The notes under the pieces: model-generated
Told to the model about the DNA's origin: nothing
Seen by the model: the letters and a program-made list of their open reading frames with translations, nothing else
Databases searched by the model: none
Shown: one piece after another, positions 38,874 to 52,300 of the stretch
How positions within the stretch are numbered: the first letter of the stretch is position 1
Layout: each line of letters begins with the position of its first letter
Made by a program: the position numbers and the translations under genes
Source: Phyllobates terribilis
Taxonomy: Eukaryota
Direction: 5' to 3'
Length of the DNA stretch: 64,000 bases
Assembly (NCBI RefSeq): GCF_046119375.1
Contig: NW_027362767.1
Span: 257,548,001 to 257,612,000, forward strand

Positions 38874-40507
38874 CAGTGGGTATGGAAAGTATTCAGACCC
38901 CTTTACATTTTTCACTCTTGGTTTCATTGCAGCCATTTGGTAAATTCTAAAAAGTTAATTTTTTTTCTCATTAAAGTACACTCTGCACCCCATCTTGACT
39001 GAAAAAAAACAGAAATGTAGAAATTTTTGCAAATTTATTAAAAAAGAAAGACTGAAATATCACATGGTCATAAGTATTCAGACCCTTTGCTCAGACACTC
39101 ATATTTAAGTCACACGCTGTCCATTTCCTTGTGATCCTCCTTGAGATGGTTCTACTCCTTCATTGGAGTCCAGCTGTGTTTAATTAAACTGACAGGACTT
39201 GATTTGGAAAGGCACACACCTATCTATATAAGACCTCACAGCTCACAGTGCATGTCAGACCAAATGAGAATCATGAGCTCAAAGGAACTGCCCAAGGAGC
39301 TTAGAGACAGAATTGTGACAAGGCACAGATCTGGCCAAGGTTACAAAAGAATTTCCGCATTACTCAAGGTTCCTAAGAGCACAGTGGCCTCCATAATCCT
39401 TAAATGGAAGAAGTTTGGGACCACCAGAAGCCTTCCTAGACCTGGCCATCCAGCCAAACTGAGCAATCGTGGGAGAAGAGCCTTGGTGAGAGAGGTAAAG
39501 AAGAACACCAAGATCACTGTGGCTGAGCTCCAGAGATGCAGTAGGGAGATGGGAGAAAGCTCCACAAAGTAAATTACCATTGCAGCCCTCCACCAGTCGG
39601 GCCTTTATGGCAGAGTGGCCCGACGGAAGCCTCTCCTCAGTGCAAGACATATGAAAGCCCGCATAGAGTTTGCTCAAAAATACACGAAAGACTCCCAGAC
39701 TATGATAAATAAGATTCTCTGACCTGATGAGATGAAGATAGAACTTTTTGGTGATAATTCTAAGCAGTATGTGTGGAAAAAAACAGGCACTGCTCATCAC
39801 CTGCCCAATACAATCCCAACAGTGAAACATGGTGGTGGCAGCATCATGCTGTGGGGGTGTTTTTCAGCTGCAGGGACAGGACGACTGGTTGCAATTGAAG
39901 GAAACATGAATGCGGCCAAGTACATAGATATCCTGGATGAAAACCTCTTCCAGAGTGCTCTGGACCTCACACTTGGCCAAAGGTTCACCTTCCAACAAGA
40001 CAATGACCCTAAGCACACAGCTAAAATAACAAAGGAGTGGCTTCAGAACAACTCTGTGACCATTCTTGACTGGCCCAGCCAGAGCCCTGACCTAAACCCA
40101 ATTGAGCATCTCTGGAGAGACCTGAAAATGGCTGTCCACCAACGTTCACCATCCAACCTGACGGAACTGGAGAGGATCTGCAAGGAAGAATGGCAGAGGA
40201 TCCCCAAATCCAGGTGTGAAAAACTTGTTGCATCATTCCCAAGAAGACTCATGGCTGTACTAGCTCAAAAGGGTGCTTCTACTCAATACTGAGCAAAGGG
40301 TCTGAATACTTATGACCATGTGATATTTCAGTTTTTCTTTTTTAATAAATTTGCAAAATTTCTACATTTCTGTTTTTTTTCAGTCAAGATGGGGTGCAGA
40401 GTGCACTTTAATGAGAAAAAAATGAACTTTTTAGAATTTACCAAATGGCTGCAATGAAACAAAGAGTGAAAAATTTAAAGGGGTCTGAATACTTTCCATA
40501 CCCACTG
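38874..40507 (+). mobile_element. Full-length Tc1 element (1634 bp); transposase ~39273-40292 with two in-frame stops
   Basis: Long TIRs starting CAGTGGGTATGGAAAGTATTCAGACCCCTT, TA TSD. MSSKELPKELRDRIV..., [22 protein letters not shown]. Stops at 39570 and ~39720 in the same frame. Confidence 0.96.
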
Positions 40508-41130
40508 TACATGTGTTGTACCGCGTCACACGGGAGGAAGAGCCGGGTATGGATACACCATTTTATTTGCCTGCAGAGCAATATACAATAAGTGACATCT
40601 CTTTACTGCTCAGTGCACATCTATGCGATAAGCGAGGATAGAAAAATAACACACATTAAAAACTGGGACACAGAGCAGGGCGACGATGGATGGGGGACAT
40701 GGCGGGGGCATATATATATAGAGATGGGTCTGGTAGTACTGGGACCAGTGCTGTGGATATTGGGGAAGAAACATTCTGGAGACAGCAGGCCTCATGTATC
40801 TGAGGTTCCATGTTGTCCATAGCAACCAATCAGAGTCCACATTTCATTTCTACCAGGCAGTTTACAAAATGAAAGCTGAGTTCTGATTGGTTGCTATGGA
40901 CTCTAAGAGCACTTTGCCCTGGAGATGGTTTTGATCCATTAGGCCCATGTTATGCTGGTAGTATAAGGACAGATGTGTGTGGGGGGCACTAAAACCCCCT
41001 GCAGCAGCTTTTTGGGAGATAGTTTCAGGATTGGATATGTGGAAATAAATACATCAAGGTGCCAAGATTTCAATGGTATCTTACATTCTTCTTTTCTAGG
41101 TCTGAGTAGATGCAATGCCTGCCAATTTAA

Positions 41131-41405
41131 AGGGTAACTCCACTTTTGAAGTACTTTCACTAAACACTAGGAATTTTCCGTGTTAGCGATTCCCCTTTCT
41201 GGGCGTTGTTTTTTTTTAATTGTCGGAGAGCAATCACCAACAGTTATGATGCCTCTTATCTCTGATCTTAAAGCCTTTTATCAAGCTTCTAGATCTCCAC
41301 GAAGGTCACTGGACAACCCCTTTACATTTTTTTTCAATATTGTTCTACTTTATGGTCTTATCATTCCCTCTTCCATGGACAGCAATTCAAAAGTGGAGTT
41401 GCCCT
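41131..41405. mobile_element. T2/Kolobok-type MITE (275 bp)
   Basis: TTAA TSDs (41127-41130, 41406-41409); 17-bp TIRs AGGGTAACTCCACTTTT / AAAAGTGGAGTTGCCCT with 1 mismatch. Confidence 0.85.
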
Positions 41406-41818
41406 TTAAGACAGTCCATGTGGTCTATCCATCCTTAGGGACCGGTGGGTTTGGGTTATGACCTAATGGAAATAATCTAACGTTCAATATGAACACTGTG
41501 GGTTCTTCATACTGGGGGTTCATAAAAATCCAAGATGGCGCTCTCTCGTAGGTGCCATTGTGGTGGATGGTGGATAGAAGGCCCACTCGAGTATTTTTGT
41601 TGTCTCTGTTGGGCATGGGTCGTACATTCTGCAAGGCTCGGGCCAGTGGACAAGCTGGGACCCCATGGTGGTCATCCGGTCCAATGACTGAGCGGGAGAC
41701 CAACATGGCAGAAAGTCACAGCCTCCGACCCATGGGTGGATGGACAGATACAGATATGTGGTGTCACATGAGGAATCTATGTGTAGGATGAGCAGGAGGT
41801 GGGGGCTTATGTGGACGG

Positions 41819-42116
41819 TTATTCGGGGAAATACTTCAGCAGTTGCTCCGTAACCCTTTGATCAGTAAAATGTTGGGGACGGCTCTGAATATCGAGGTTA
41901 CTTTCCATCCGCTTCCTGTGGAGCAGCCCATTAGAGGAGTAGTCAGGGACTGCGGTGTCGGTGTCCAGTCGTTTGACACGCAGCAGATTGGCTGGGGTGT
42001 CCTCATCATCATGGTCGTCATCCAACGAGCGCCGCATGCGTCGAGGGACACTTGGTGGCAGGCGCTGAGACATTTCAGCCTCGTTCATTGCAGATAGGAC
42101 ACGAGTTACAAGGTAC
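41819..42116 (-). CDS. PCSK1N: proSAAS (PC1/3 inhibitor), coding exon 3
   Basis: Acceptor TTTCACAG|G, phase 2. (R)YLVTRVLSA...RRMRRSL...NLLRVKRL. LLRVKR is the established proSAAS inhibitory hexapeptide, and the LR|YL junction matches mammalian ELLR|YLLGRIL. Confidence 0.93.
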
Positions 42117-42775
42117 CTGTGAAAGCAATGGAAAAAACACCATAATAAAATAGTGCATGCATAAATACTCTGTGCTGATGGGAAACCTTGCTCCTTATGC
42201 TATGAAGCTTTGTTGTCCCTCTCCTTGCATGTGGTCCCTGACATACTATATGCCATCACATACATATGGAGAAGTTACAACCAAGTTCCAAGGGATCAGC
42301 ATGACCCCCTCCTGATACTCTCTGTGCTGCTGGGTGACTTCATGTCTTTTATTTATCACTGACTGCTCATACTAAACTAGAGTCACATTTCTGTAGTTTT
42401 GATGAGTTGCAGCGTTGGGGGCGCTATTGCACTGTTGTCTATGGAAAATACTTGCAGCGAATAGTGGAGAAAAGTGGTACTGCAAGTTACAAATTAAGTA
42501 ACTAATTGTAATGAAATGTAAAATGGCAAAACACGACTGGTTTTACCCAGGGATAACTAAGCTAGAACATCAATTACTGATTTTATAATCTGAAGCAATT
42601 ATTATAACGAAATGTGTATCTCCTTTAAACCGCCCCACTGACACCGTTAGTCATTAAGTGATGTTACTACCCAATCTTGGTGGCATCATTAGTTCCCGAC
42701 TGACATCCAGGGCAGTGTCACTCTACCCACAGCCACCAGTTAAACAGTATTGGTGCTTTGTATACTGACTCTTAC

Positions 42776-43362
42776 CTTAACATCTCCTCGTCCATGGGAT
42801 ATCCATCTTCGTTGGTCTCTTCTGGTTGAAGGTGTAAAGCTGGACCTTCATATGCCCGATTCTGCCTGTAATGACTCTGTGCCATCTGGTTTCTTGAGAT
42901 TTGTGGTCTTGTCCGACTGGCCACTGCTGCAGTGTCATCGTAGTCTGGGTACGGCCTCTGATATTCTGATATGTCTGATGGAACAGGACCTGGAAAACCC
43001 TGTAGTTGGTCAACGTAGGCCTTACCTTGGTTGATCTGATTCCACAAGTGCAGGAGGTTGGCCAGATACATGGCCTCCTTATCTCTCCTTTGCCCTTCTT
43101 CTACCAGCTGTTGGAGGGAGGGGCTATCATGGGTGGGTTCAACTCTTCGGAGGTTGCCCATTCTCTCCAAGGCTCGGGCGAGAAGTTCTTCTTGAGGGTA
43201 GGCCGCCAATCTGGCAAGCATTGCTTGGCTTAGGTCAGGGTATAAAGGCTTGTTACGGACTGGTTCTGAGGGCATGTAGGACATCATGTCAGCCTCATAA
43301 GGAAGGCTTCTTCTGACCCTTCGAGCAACTCCAAAATCATCATGGCTCAGGACACCCAGAGG
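42776..43362 (-). CDS. PCSK1N: proSAAS, coding exon 2
   Basis: Acceptor CATCCAG|CCT; 587 nt open. PLG...ARRVRRSLPYEADMMSY (furin site after the N-terminal peptide), hydrophobic helix YLANLLHLWNQ, ends DEEMLR. Donor AG|GTAAG. Confidence 0.9.
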
Positions 43363-43678
43363 CTGGATGCGTAAACAAAAGGGCAATAAGGGAAAGCGCT
43401 GTGAGTGAGTTTCTATGCTCTCCTTCATGTTGTGTTATAATCCATAGAAATGCATTTAGGGTTCAGCCCTGAGGGACATTACAACAATTATGGAGCACCA
43501 TCGAAAAAATGGCCTAACATTACTGCCCTGAAGAGCTTAGAGTCAGAAAGGAAGTCTACCTGGACAATAAGTCATCCTGACACGGTACACTGAGGAGGAA
43601 GGGCCCAGAGCCAAATGAACTGGACACTAAATGTTAGTGTATGGCACTAATATGTAAGCACTGTATGGTGCTATTATA

Positions 43679-45268
<1,590 letters not shown>

Positions 45269-45568
45269 TATATGCAATATGTGACACTGTTATATGGACA
45301 CTATATGGCACTGCTGTGTAAGCACTGTGTGGTGATATTATTTATACACTATGTAGCACTGTTGTGTGGACATAATATGGCACTGTTATGCAAGCACTGT
45401 ATGGTGGTATTATTTACGAAAGTCCATAGCACTGTTGTATAGACACTATGGCACTATTATGTAAGCACTGTATGGTGGTATTATGTATGCACTACGTAAC
45501 ACTGTTATATGGATACTGTAAGGCACTATTATGTAAGCACTTGAATGATAGTTTTTTTGGACACTATA

Positions 45569-47176
45569 CAGGGCCGGTTTTAGACAAAGTGGGGCCCGAG
45601 GCAAAAGTTTAAAGTGGGTCCCCAAATGCTGACATATTGCCTCATCACACAGAAACATTTGCATCGCATTTACATGGATTGAGTTCAGGCCGTTAAACGA
45701 GCGTGATCGACAATATTGGAGTCCTTCGGTGCTGGTTTCCCGGCCTCTTTACACCGGCTGAGGAAGAATAATGGGGACAGCACAATCACTAATAGATCAT
45801 TCTGTCCTCATAAACATCATGTTATCAGCAGCATATCTGCAGTTTGCACCAGGCTCTGTGCTGCTGAGAACAATGATTTTTGTTCCGGCATAAACAATCC
45901 AATCACCCGATGAATGACCAGCATTTTGCTCGTTCATTGGGCAATTGCTGATGTTTACATCTATGGACTCCCATCTGTGCCACTGGTATAAATGTAGATG
46001 CTAAACACACACAGTATGTGACACGTGTACACAATCTGCATGTTACACACACAAATATATACACATAGTACACACACACATATACAAAGAGCACATACAT
46101 ACACATACATGTATACACAGAGCACATACGTACAGTCACGTACGTACATACAGATACATGTACACAGAGCACCTACATACCGACGCATGCATACACGGAG
46201 AATATACATACATACAGACACATACATGAATGGAACACATACATACCGACACATGCATGAAAGGAGCACATATATACTGTCACATGTATGAATGTAGTAC
46301 ATACATACAGAGACATAGTATAATGGACCTCGCAAAGCCCTTCAAACAGTATAATTGGCCTCCACACAGCCCTACAAACTGTATAATGGCCCCTACCCAA
46401 TATGATGAACCCCACACAAACCTTCACACTGTATAATTGCTTGCATACAATATAATGCCCCCCACATAGCCCTCCATATAGTATAATGGCACCCACGTAG
46501 CCCTCCAAATATTATAATGGCCTACACCTGGCCCTCCAAATATTATAATGGTCCACACACAGTCCTCCATATAGTATAATGGGCCCCACATTGCCTTCCA
46601 TATAGTATTATGTACCCCCATAGTCCTCCATATAGTATAATGTACTCCCCATAGGCCTCCTTATAGTATAATGCACCCCATAATCCTCCATATAGTACAA
46701 TGCACCAAATAGTCCTCCATATAGTATAATGCACACCCCATAGTCCTCCATATAGTATAATGCACTCCCCATAGTCCTCCATATTGTATAATGCACCACA
46801 TATTCCTCCATATAGTAAAATGCACCCAATAGTCCTTCATATAGTATAATGCACTCCCCATAGTCCTCCATATAGTGCAATGCACCCCATAATCCTCCAT
46901 ATAGTACAATGCACCCAATAGTTCTTCATATAGTATAATGCACTCCCCATAGTCCTCCATATAGTATAATGCATTCCCCATAGTCCTCCATATTGTAAAA
47001 TGCACCACATATTCCTCCATATAATATAATGCACTCCCCATAGTCCTCCATATAGTATAATGCACCCCATAATCCTCCATATAGTATAATGCATCCCATA
47101 GTCCTCCATATAGTATAATGCACCCCCATAGTTCTCCTGCAATTGCCCAGTTTTCAGCCCCCTAATGCCGGCCCTG
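45569..47176. mobile_element. Non-autonomous hAT element in PCSK1N intron 1 containing CA/TA-rich and ~30-bp tandem repeats
   Basis: TIRs CAGGGCCGG / CCGGCCCTG; 8-bp TSD ACACTATA / ACTCTATA (1 mismatch). Internal TAGTCCTCCATATAGTATAATGCAC repeats at ~46450-47135. Confidence 0.8.
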
Positions 47177-47689
47177 ACTCTATAGCACTTTCATATGGAT
47201 ACTAAATGGTGTTATACAAACAATGCATTGTGGTAATATTTGGGCATTTTATGGTTGTATGTGATATCTGTATGGATATTATACGACACTAAGCATTGTA
47301 TGGTGATATTATTTATGCACCATATAGCATGCTTATATGGATACTGTAGGATACTATTAGGCAAGCACTGCACTGTGGTATAATTTGGGCACTACTGTAT
47401 ATGGCATTCCTATATGGACAATGTTTCGCACCATTATGTAAACATCATGTGGTGCTATTAATTATGCACTTTATCGCACTTTTATATGGCACTATTATGT
47501 AGGCACTGTATGGTGATATTATTTGGGCACTTTATAGAAATAGACTAACAAAACCGCCAATAATGTGAGGGATATAATTAGCGTCTAACAATCAAAAATC
47601 CTCACCCAATACAAAAATAACCTTTATTAATGACAATTAAAAGGAAACTCAAAAGACAATTCCCGAAACAAAATAATATACAGTATATG

Positions 47690-48180
47690 TAATATGGTAA
47701 TATATGTATGTAATATGGTACTATATATCTGTACCATGGTACTATACATATGTAATACTGTACTATGTATCTGTAATATGCTACTATATATCTGTAATAC
47801 GGTACTATGTATCTGGAATATGGTACTATATATCTGTAATACGGTACTATGTATCTGTAATATGCTACTATATATCTGTAATACGGTACTATGTATCTGT
47901 AATATGGTACTATATATCTGTAATACAGTACTATGTATCTGTAATACGGTACAGTATATCTGTAATACGGTACTATGTATCTGTAGTAAGGTACTATGTA
48001 TCTGTAATATGGTACTATATATCTGTAATACGGTACTATGTATCTGTAATACGGTACTATGTATCTGTAGCATGGTACTATATGTATGTAATATGGTACT
48101 ATATATCTGTAATACGGTACTATTTATCTGTAATATGGTACTATATATCTGTAGCATGGTACAATACATATGTAATACGG
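47690..48180. repeat. 21-bp minisatellite (TATCTGTAATACGGTACTATG)n
   Basis: Direct reading; 7-aa periodicity in ORFs. Confidence 0.93.
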
Positions 48181-48962
48181 TAGGGCGCTATATTTGCAGG
48201 GCCCCGGCAGATCCCCAGTCCTGTTGTTGGCGGCTTCCTCTAATTAGCACAAATCACCCACTAATTCTTGGCGTATCTGTATCTCTGACTAATATCGCAG
48301 CCGCCCCAGGAGAAAATGTCATTACTGATAATGAGGTAACGCAGCTGTATGGGCTCTGAGGACATTATAGTCCATATACACACACCAGGCTGGAGGGTAG
48401 GGCTGAGTCATATGGTGGGGGTCTGTAATGACATGAAGGGAACTGATTAGATGATAGACATGAAGAGGTCTCATCATGAGGGTCACCATGATCAGAGGAG
48501 GATGGGGCAGCGACTCCGTGTCTCATGGATATGAGGGGTATCGCCGCCTGCCCATAGCCGTGCCATGGAGATGTTCCCACCGCCTGGAGGTCTTCTCTTC
48601 TCATCATCCCAGATCACCCAATGAGCTGGGGTGGGGGGGATCCTGAGCTAGAGGATCTTATGAGCAACCAAGAATTGCCAAAAACAGTCCATCAGGGCTG
48701 TCCTGTCCCATGGGCACCGCAGACCATGGAATGATCGTCAGATGAGGTCTACGGGTAACTTAACTCCTCGCCTTCAGGAGCTCGGGGAAATCATAGAACT
48801 GAGAGAAGATGACGCAAAGAGACCCCAGGGAGCGATCACAAAGACGGATGGAAAGGAGGATGGGAGCGGAAAAGGAGGAATAGAGACGGAGGAGAAGCGA
48901 TGAAGGATGAGAAGGACAGAGGGACAGGAGACATCAGACCAGATAAAGAGAGAGACACTCAC

Positions 48963-49028
48963 CTTACTGAGAGCGCCCGGGACAGACAGACAGACAGTGA
49001 CAGCCACCAACAGGATACAGGGGCCCAT
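48963..49028 (-). CDS. PCSK1N: proSAAS, coding exon 1 (signal peptide MGPCILLVAVTVCLSVPGALSK)
   Basis: ATG with an upstream in-frame stop, hydrophobic signal-peptide core, and a consensus donor AAG|GTGAGT in phase 0 matching exon 2 (ALS|KPL...). Confidence 0.8.
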
Positions 49029-49213
49029 CCTGACAGAAGACGCTGCCCTGATACGAGAATGCTGTTACTGCTGGATGGAGGGACCGGGATCTGACGGAGA
49101 ATATGGGGGGAGGGAGAGCACCACCCCCATGCTGCATTGCACAGCATCCGAGGGAAGCAGGGAGGGGGCTCAGGCTGTGGGAAGGTGTGCACCTACACCC
49201 AGACCACCTGCCC

Positions 49214-49219
49214 CTTATA
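49214..49219 (-). promoter_or_regulatory. TATA-like box (TATAAG) upstream of PCSK1N
   Basis: About 185 nt upstream of the ATG, in the short unique stretch before the large minisatellite. Confidence 0.35.
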
Positions 49220-49319
49220 CACAGGTAGCCTGAGACGGGGCTGACAGCTACCCATCATATACAGACATGAGGGGAGATCAATGATCATTGCCATATAGCG
49301 GAGAGGAGCCATCAGCTCC

Positions 49320-52300
49320 CCCTAATATACAGAGATCAGACCTGTCACCTCCTCCTAATATAAAGAGATCAGACCTGTCACCTCCTCCTAATATACAGTG
49401 ATCAGACCTGTCACCACCTCCTAATATACAGAGATCAGATCTGTCACCACCTCCTAATATACAGATCTCAGACCTGTCACCTCCTAATATACAGAGATCA
49501 GACCTATCACCTCCTCCTAAAATACAGAGATCAGACCTGTCACCTCCTCCTAATATACAGAGATCAGACTAATCACATCCTCCTAATATACAGAGATCAG
49601 ACCTGTCACCTCCTCCTAATATACAGAGATCAGACCTGTCACCTCCTTCTAATATACACAGATCAGACCTGTCACCTCCTCCTAATATACAGAGATCAGA
49701 CCTGTCACCTCCTCCTAATATACAGTGATCAGACCTGTCACCTCCTCCTAATATACAGTGATCAGACCTGTCACCTCCTCCTAATATACAGAGATCACAC
49801 CTGTCACCTCCTCCTAATATACAGAGATCAGACCTGTCAGCTCCTCCTAATATACAGAGATCACACCTGTCACCTCCTAATATACAGAGATCAGACCTGT
49901 CACCTCCTAATATGCAGAGATCAGACCTGTCACCTACTAATATGCAGAGATCAGACCTGTCACCTCCTAATATGCAGAGATCAGATCTGTCACCTTCTAA
50001 TATGCAGAGATCAGATCTGTCACCTTCTAATATGCAGAGATCAGACCTGTCACCTCCTCCTAATATACAGAGATCAGACCTGTCACCTCCTCCTAATATA
50101 CAGAGATCAGACCAATCACCTCCTCCTAATATACAGAGATCAGACCTGTCACCTCCTCCTAATATACAGAGATCAGACCTGTCACCTCCTCCTAATATAC
50201 AGAGATCAGACCTGTCACCTCCTCCTAATATACAGAGATCAGACCTGTCACCTCCTTCTAATATACACAAATCAGACCTGTCACCTCCTCCTAATATACA
50301 GAGATCACACCTGTCACCTCCTCCTAATATACAGTGATCAGACCTGTCACCTCCTCCTAATATACAGTGATCATACCTGTCACCTCCTCCCAATATACAG
50401 AGATCACACCTGTCACCTCCTAATATACAGAGATCAGACCTGTCACCTCCTAATATACAGAGATCAGACCTGTCACCTCCTAATATACAGAGATCAGACC
50501 TGTCACCTCCTCCTAATATACAGAGATCACACCTGTCACCTCCTAATATACAGAGATCAGACCTGTCACCTCCTAATATACAGAGATAAGAACTGTCACC
50601 TCCTAATATACAGAGATCAGACCTGTCACCTCCTAATATGCAGAGATCAAACCAGTCACCTCCTAATATGCAGAGATCAGACCTGTCACCTCCTAAAATG
50701 CAGAGATCAGATCTGTCACCTTCTAATATGCAGAGATCAGATCTGTCACCTTCTAATATGCAGAGATCAGACCTGTCACCTCCTCCTAATATACAGAGAT
50801 CAGACCTGTCACCTCCTCCTAATATACAGAGATCAGACCTGTCACCTCCTCCTAATATACAGAGATCAGACCTGTCACCTTCTCCTAATATACAGAGATC
50901 AGACCTGTCACCTCCTCCTAATATACAGAGATCAGACCTGTCACCTCCTCCTAATATACAGAGATCAGACCTGTCACCTCCTCCTAATATACAGAGATCA
51001 GACCTGTCACCTTCTCCTAATATACAGAGATCAGACCTGTCACCTCCTCCTAATATACAGAGATCAGACCTGTCACCTCCTCCTAATATACAGAGATCAG
51101 ACCTGTCACCTCCTCCTAATATACAGAGATCAAAACTGTCACCTCCTCCTAATATACAGAGATCAGACCTGTCACCTCCTCCTAATATACAGAGATCAGA
51201 CATGTCACCTCCTCCTAATATACACAGATCACACCTGTCACCTCCTCCTAATATACAGAGATCAAACCTGTCACCTCCTCCTAATATACAGAGATCAGAC
51301 CTGTCACCTCCTAATATGCAGAGATCAGACCTGTCACCTCCTAATATACAGAGATCAGACCTGTCACCTCCTAATATACAGAGATCAGACGTGTCACCTC
51401 CTCCTAATATGCAGAGATCAGACCTGTCACCTCCTAATATGCAGAGATCAGATCTGTCACCTTCTAATATGCAGAGATCAGATCTGTCACCTTCTAATAT
51501 ACAGAGATCAGACCTGTCACCTCCTCCTAATATACAGAGATCAGACCTGTCACCTCCTCCTAATATACAGAGATCAGACCTGTCACCTCCTCCTAATATA
51601 CAGAGATCAGACCTGTCACCTCCTCCTAATATACAGAGATCAGACCTGTCACCTCCTCCTAATATACAGAGATCAAACCTGTCACCTCCTCCTAATATAC
51701 AGACATCAGACCTGTCACCTCCTCCTAATATATAGAGATCAGACCTGTCACCACCTCCTAATATACAGAGATCAGACCTGTCACCTCCTCCTAATATACA
51801 GAGATCAGACCTGTCACCTCCTCCTAATATACAGAAATCAGACCTGTCACCTCCTCCTAATATACAGAGATCAGACCTGTCACCTCCTAATATACAGAGA
51901 TCACACCTGTCACCTCCTCCTAATATACAGAGATCAGACCTGTCACCACCTCCTAATATACAGAGCTCAGACCTGTCACCTCCTAATATACAGAGATCAG
52001 ACCTGTCACCTCCTCCTAATATACAGAGATCAGCCCTGTCACCTCCTCCTAATATACAGAGATCAGACCTGTCACCTCCTCCTAATATACAGAGATCAGA
52101 CCTGTCACCTCCTCCTAATATACAGAGATCAGACCTGTCACCTCCTCCTAATATACAGAGATCAGACCTGTCACCTCCTCCTAATATGCAGAGATCAGAC
52201 CTGTCACCTCCTCCTAATATAAAGAGATCAGACCTGTCACCTCCTCCTAATATACAGAGATCAGACCTGTCACCTCCTCCTAATATACAGAGATCAGACC

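Noticed and set aside
43363-43428. N-terminus of ORF 42772-43428 (MKESIETHSQRFPLLPFCLRIQ)
   Set aside because: Intronic polypyrimidine tract and acceptor. The phase-compatible signal-peptide exon is at 49028-48963.
48968-48990. RE1/REST-like GAGCGCCCGGGACAG in PCSK1N exon 1
   Set aside because: Only the GGACAG half matches well; key left-half positions are mismatched.
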